A DNA stretch of 32,000 bases, taken from Candidatus Fokinia solitaria. GTDB lineage: Bacteria > Pseudomonadota > Alphaproteobacteria > Rickettsiales > Midichloriaceae. A program made the translations under genes and the position numbers. The DNA is taken from the NCBI RefSeq assembly GCF_003072485.1, contig NZ_CP025989.1, forward strand, positions 600,001-632,000. The letters are read 5' to 3'. Positions 28,448 to 32,000 of this stretch are shown piece by piece. Positions within the stretch are counted from its first letter, which is position 1, and each line of letters opens with the position of its first letter. The notes under the pieces were generated by a model. It did not search any database, was not told where the DNA came from, and was given only the letters and a program-made list of their open reading frames with translations.

Positions 28448-29398
28448 TCAATTATCAACGCTTGTAAATGAAACGACTCTTTCTATATTGCATAGATCCA
28501 TAACAATGTCTTTCACCTTAAAGCCTGCATTTTGAAAAATCGATATCACAGCATTTGCTTTATCATAACCTACTTCTACAACAACTAGCCCTTTATCTTT
28601 GAGAAACTGCTTTGCATTAGCAGATATTACTCTATAAGCATCTAAGCCGTCCTGCATATCTGTAAGACTAATGCGCGGTTCAAAATCCTTCACCTCTTTT
28701 GATAATACATGCCATTCAGAAAAAGGGATATAAGGAGGATTGGAAATAACAAAATCAAATTTACGATGCAACATTTTCGCGTCAAACCAATTACCGCGTA
28801 AAAAAGTAATATCTTGCATAGAAGATAAAATATTTTCCGCATTACGTTTTGCCACTCTTAACGCTACATCACTTATATCAATTCCTACTCCATGTGAAAC
28901 AACTCTTGCTTTTTGCAACGCGACGGTACGTAACTCATTTAATATCGATATCAATACACAACCGCTACCTACACCAAGTTCTAATATATCGCACCTATCG
29001 CAAATAATACCTCTTTCCTGCATTAAGATTGCATTTTTCGCTACATATTCCACTAAAAATTCCGTTTCTGGTCTAGGTATTAGCACATCATAGTTGACAT
29101 AAAAATCATTTTTCCAAAACGATTTTCTATTGAGGATATAAGCTATCGGCTCTCCAAGTTTTCTCCTATTGATGTAAGATTCAAATTGAGTAACGTAATC
29201 ATCTGGCAAGTTCATCTTATCAAACTTGCACATAAACATTTCAGTATAATCATACATCCCTATTGCATACGCCAATAAGATCATTGCATCCAATTTTGGA
29301 TTCTCATTCCATTCCTGCGATAATACTTGAGAAGCATGCTCTATCATTAGCTTCAAATTTTCTACATTGTTGCATGTCATATTATTGTATAAGCGCAT
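28448..29398 (-). CDS. prmC: Peptide chain release factor N5-glutamine methyltransferase
   Basis: 'GEPIAYILNRKSFWKNDFYVNYDVLIPRPETEFLVEYV', 'ILELGVGSGCVLISI', 'FDFVISNPPYIP' and 'FEPRISLTDMQDGLDAYR'. Confidence 0.95.
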   Translation of the reverse strand: MRLYNNMTCNNVENLKLMIEHASQVLSQEWNENPKLDAMILLAYAIGMYDYTEMFMCKFDKMNLPDDYVTQFESYINRRKLGEPIAYILNRKSFWKNDFYVNYDVLIPRPETEFLVEYVAKNAILMQERGIICDRCDILELGVGSGCVLISILNELRTVALQKARVVSHGVGIDISDVALRVAKRNAENILSSMQDITFLRGNWFDAKMLHRKFDFVISNPPYIPFSEWHVLSKEVKDFEPRISLTDMQDGLDAYRVISANAKQFLKDKGLVVVEVGYDKANAVISIFQNAGFKVKDIVMDLCNIERVVSFTSVDN

Positions 29399-29442
29399 TA
29401 TGAATGATATTGTAAAATCAGCATGTCGTACTCGATATTTCC

Positions 29443-30012
29443 ATGAAAGAGAAAGATGTAGAGGTAATTATGGACATTGTAAACATTATGGATGCTCTCA
29501 TCTCGAACGAAACACTTGGAAATTACGGTATTCATGAGGACACTGAGATTATACAAGTTATAACGGAAATATTTGAAATAACAGAACATGATCTTGCATC
29601 ATGTAATACACTGTCAGACTGTATGAAGTTAATTAGTGATTATTTCAGCATGATACTGCTCACGCAAGGTCACGCAAAATTCTCAGAACAGAAATTACAT
29701 GATATAAAGAAAAAATTAATTAATGCACTCCTCCGTCAGTTTCATCTCAAAGTACAGTTTTCAATTCTAAAGAGGATAAGAGAAGTGATGAAAAGAAATA
29801 TCAGAAAAGTACAACAAGACACATGTGTTCAACATTTAATAAAAGAACTAATCATCAACGACGGAGGCTTAGATAGATATATAAATCTCAAACTACGAGT
29901 ACGTATCAAAACACATGATGATGAGGAGGAACATAGCAGTAATAGCATCAACAACGGTAATACGATTGCAAATAGCATAATTCGAAAAGATCAAAGCACA
30001 AGGCAAAGGTAA
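29443..30012 (+). CDS. Hypothetical protein, 189 aa
   Basis: Uninterrupted ORF, divergent from prmC; helical, charged and Ile/Leu/Lys-rich with a low-complexity tail. No family recognised. Met at 29470 is an alternative start. Confidence 0.6.
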   Translation: MKEKDVEVIMDIVNIMDALISNETLGNYGIHEDTEIIQVITEIFEITEHDLASCNTLSDCMKLISDYFSMILLTQGHAKFSEQKLHDIKKKLINALLRQFHLKVQFSILKRIREVMKRNIRKVQQDTCVQHLIKELIINDGGLDRYINLKLRVRIKTHDDEEEHSSNSINNGNTIANSIIRKDQSTRQR

Positions 30013-30118
30013 ATAGTTCATTTTAAATATCCATCTTCAAAATACACGTGCAATATCATACGTGTAACCGTAGAATATAATGAATTATTGCTTTTATCAG
30101 TGAATCTCTTTAGTTACT

Positions 30119-30319
30119 TTAATGTCTCTGAGATTGTTTTACTTTCTTAATACTAGATGCTCTGCTTTTCAAAGAAGTTCTTCTTTTACTGAACTGCTTT
30201 TTGTCTATGTATGACAACAATTTTCTCGCAGTATCTTCTATACATGACATGGACTTCTGCCCCATTGAGTACCAAAAAGAGCGAGATAACATTTTGTGAA
30301 AGGACATGGTGATTGACAA
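30119..30319 (-). CDS. Possible small basic protein, 66 aa
   Basis: Only ORF of note in the 30013-30393 gap, with a Lys/Arg/Ser-rich C-terminus. No homology recognised, so it may be non-coding. Confidence 0.25.
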   Translation of the reverse strand: MSITMSFHKMLSRSFWYSMGQKSMSCIEDTARKLLSYIDKKQFSKRRTSLKSRASSIKKVKQSQRH

Positions 30320-30393
30320 AAAATATTAAATAGAACTTTATTATAAGTGATTTCAAATTTAATTATAAAATTATATAATTTAAATATCAATGC

Positions 30394-31341
30394 ATGATCA
30401 ATAATTTAGATCCGATAGCGTTTCACGTACTAGGTTTTGATATATATTGGTACGGTATTTTTTACGGCTTCAGTTTCTTAATATGCTCCTTGATGATGGG
30501 ATATTTTCTCAATCTTGAAGTAATTGAAGCAGAACAAACATCGTTCAACAATAAACACTCTATATCAATACTAAACGGTAAATACGGCGATAGATTACTA
30601 ATATTTCTCGTACTCTCCGTAATACTCGGTAGTAGACTTGGTTATACTGTTTTCTATGCGCCTCACTGGTTTCAAAAAGACATCTTACACATCTTTAACA
30701 CAAGAAATGGTGGACTATCGCTACATGGAGGATTAATAGGCGGATTTATCGGGATATTACTTTTCTCTCTTTATGTCTTATCAAATTCAAAGTACCGCTA
30801 CTACAAGGTAATACTAAGACATAGAAATAATAAATTCATCTCAGATATCTGTTGTAGCAAATCACTTTTAGCAAGCTTACTATTAACCTTCAGTATATCA
30901 GATGCAATTGCGATATTCTGCCCAATCGGATTGCTGCTAGGACGCATCAGTAACTTCATCAACGGAGAGTTATACGGTACGGTAACAGAATTACCTATAG
31001 GTATTATCTTTGCAAAAGTTGACAGTTTCCCTAGACATCCAAGTCAGATATATGAAGCAATTCTAGAAGGCATCGTCCTCTTATTCATCACAACTAATCT
31101 CGCAAAAAATACAAAAATTTTGTCATTTCATGGCATGATCTCGGGCATAACATTGGTATTCTACTCGATATTTCGATATCTGTGCGAATTTTTACGCGCT
31201 CCTCTAGATGGACATGTAGAGTTTATGAACAGATTTATCACAAAAGGACAATCTTTGAGTGTCTACTCGTTATGCGTTGGAGGAGGTGTAATTTTATTCA
31301 GCATGCTTTTGAAGTTTTTAACTAGATATAGTAAAAAATGA
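30394..31341 (+). CDS. lgt: Prolipoprotein diacylglyceryl transferase
   Basis: 'IYWYGIFYGFSF', 'GSRLGYTVFY', 'NGGLSLHGGLIGGFIG', 'GLLLGRISNFINGELYG', 'FPRHPSQIYEAILEG' and 'FRYLCEFLRAP'. Confidence 0.93.
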   Translation: MINNLDPIAFHVLGFDIYWYGIFYGFSFLICSLMMGYFLNLEVIEAEQTSFNNKHSISILNGKYGDRLLIFLVLSVILGSRLGYTVFYAPHWFQKDILHIFNTRNGGLSLHGGLIGGFIGILLFSLYVLSNSKYRYYKVILRHRNNKFISDICCSKSLLASLLLTFSISDAIAIFCPIGLLLGRISNFINGELYGTVTELPIGIIFAKVDSFPRHPSQIYEAILEGIVLLFITTNLAKNTKILSFHGMISGITLVFYSIFRYLCEFLRAPLDGHVEFMNRFITKGQSLSVYSLCVGGGVILFSMLLKFLTRYSKK

Positions 31342-31394
31342 CAGTTGCATGTTGCGCGTCATAAACATGCATAGATACGAGTACATGTTATTTC

Positions 31395-32000
31395 ATGAAT
31401 ATTGCAACTGAAGAATTTTACTTCCATTTACCGCAAGAACTCATAGCTCGATACCCTGTGACACCAAGGGATAGCTCGAAGCTACTATACATGAATAAAA
31501 CAGGAGTATTGCAAGATTTATCTTTTAAAGATGTAGTAAAATTACTCAAAAAAAATGATGTATTGGTACTGAATGATACAAAGGTAATTCCTAGCATGCT
31601 TAAGTGCAGTACTAAGGATAGCAACACACGAGTAAGAATCGACATACTAAAACATTATCACGATCACGATATATTATATTGCAACGCACTTGTAACACCG
31701 AGAAAACATTGTCGACCAAATACAATACTGCAATGCATAAGTAATAAAAATACTACTCTTGAACTCTCCGTAGAAGATATTCAACAAAATATAGTCACTC
31801 TCAAAGTACATAGTAGTAAAAGCTTCCATGACATCATGAGAGAATACGGCAACGTTCCTCTGCCGCCATACATACTCAAAGCTCGTTCCGCACATAATAT
31901 AATCGAAAAACAAGAAACAGATAAAGATAACTACCAAACAGTATATGCAAAATACGACGGCTCCATCGCTGCGCCTACCGCAGGCTTACACTTCACTGAC
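31395..32000 (+). CDS. queA: S-adenosylmethionine:tRNA ribosyltransferase-isomerase, N-terminal part, runs off the window
   Basis: My translation from the ATG at 31395: 'MNIATEEFYFHLPQELIARYPVTPRDSSKLL...NDVLVLNDTKVIPSML...YGNVPLPPYILKA...NYQTVYAKYDGSIAAPTAGLHFTD', with no stop before 32000. It is missing from the supplied ORF track. Confidence 0.93.
   Translation, partial: MNIATEEFYFHLPQELIARYPVTPRDSSKLLYMNKTGVLQDLSFKDVVKLLKKNDVLVLNDTKVIPSMLKCSTKDSNTRVRIDILKHYHDHDILYCNALVTPRKHCRPNTILQCISNKNTTLELSVEDIQQNIVTLKVHSSKSFHDIMREYGNVPLPPYILKARSAHNIIEKQETDKDNYQTVYAKYDGSIAAPTAGLHFTD

Noticed and set aside
1-32000. Search for CRISPR arrays, transposases, phage genes, toxin-antitoxin pairs or a defense island
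   Set aside because: I found no regularly spaced repeats or recognisable mobile/defense proteins on either strand. The region reads as ordinary core genome with a few orphans.

Overview
This is an AT-rich chromosomal segment dominated by housekeeping genes. Gene content and protein character suggest an alphaproteobacterium, probably a Rickettsiales-type endosymbiont; that placement is inference, with no database search run. Recognisable genes, left to right: a methyltransferase-like fragment, a 690-aa orphan, a DciA/DUF721 protein, pgpA(-), map(-), alaS(-), infC(-), phaC(-), ruvB(-), murJ(-), ftsW(+), an xseB-like gene(+), a DAACS-family symporter(+), tRNA-Trp(CCA)(+), a thioredoxin-fold protein(+), dksA(+), murE(-), a holB-like gene(+), an outer-membrane beta-barrel candidate(-), atpB(+), rpsJ(+), secG-like(+), thrS(+), a 387-aa charged coiled-coil orphan(-), der(-), rplA(-), prmC(-), a 189-aa orphan(+), lgt(+), and a partial queA(+). 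I found no CRISPR array, transposase, prophage module, toxin-antitoxin pair or defense island. The items most worth a second look are: (1) an XseB-like protein that appears to hold two tandem XseB-type domains; (2) the 690-aa orphan that overlaps the dciA-like gene; (3) the 387-aa coiled-coil orphan; (4) single ribosomal, translation and F0 genes detached from their usual operons (rpsJ, rplA, infC, atpB); (5) a 655-bp intergenic region before dksA with several inverted and direct repeats. I see no convincing multi-gene novel system.
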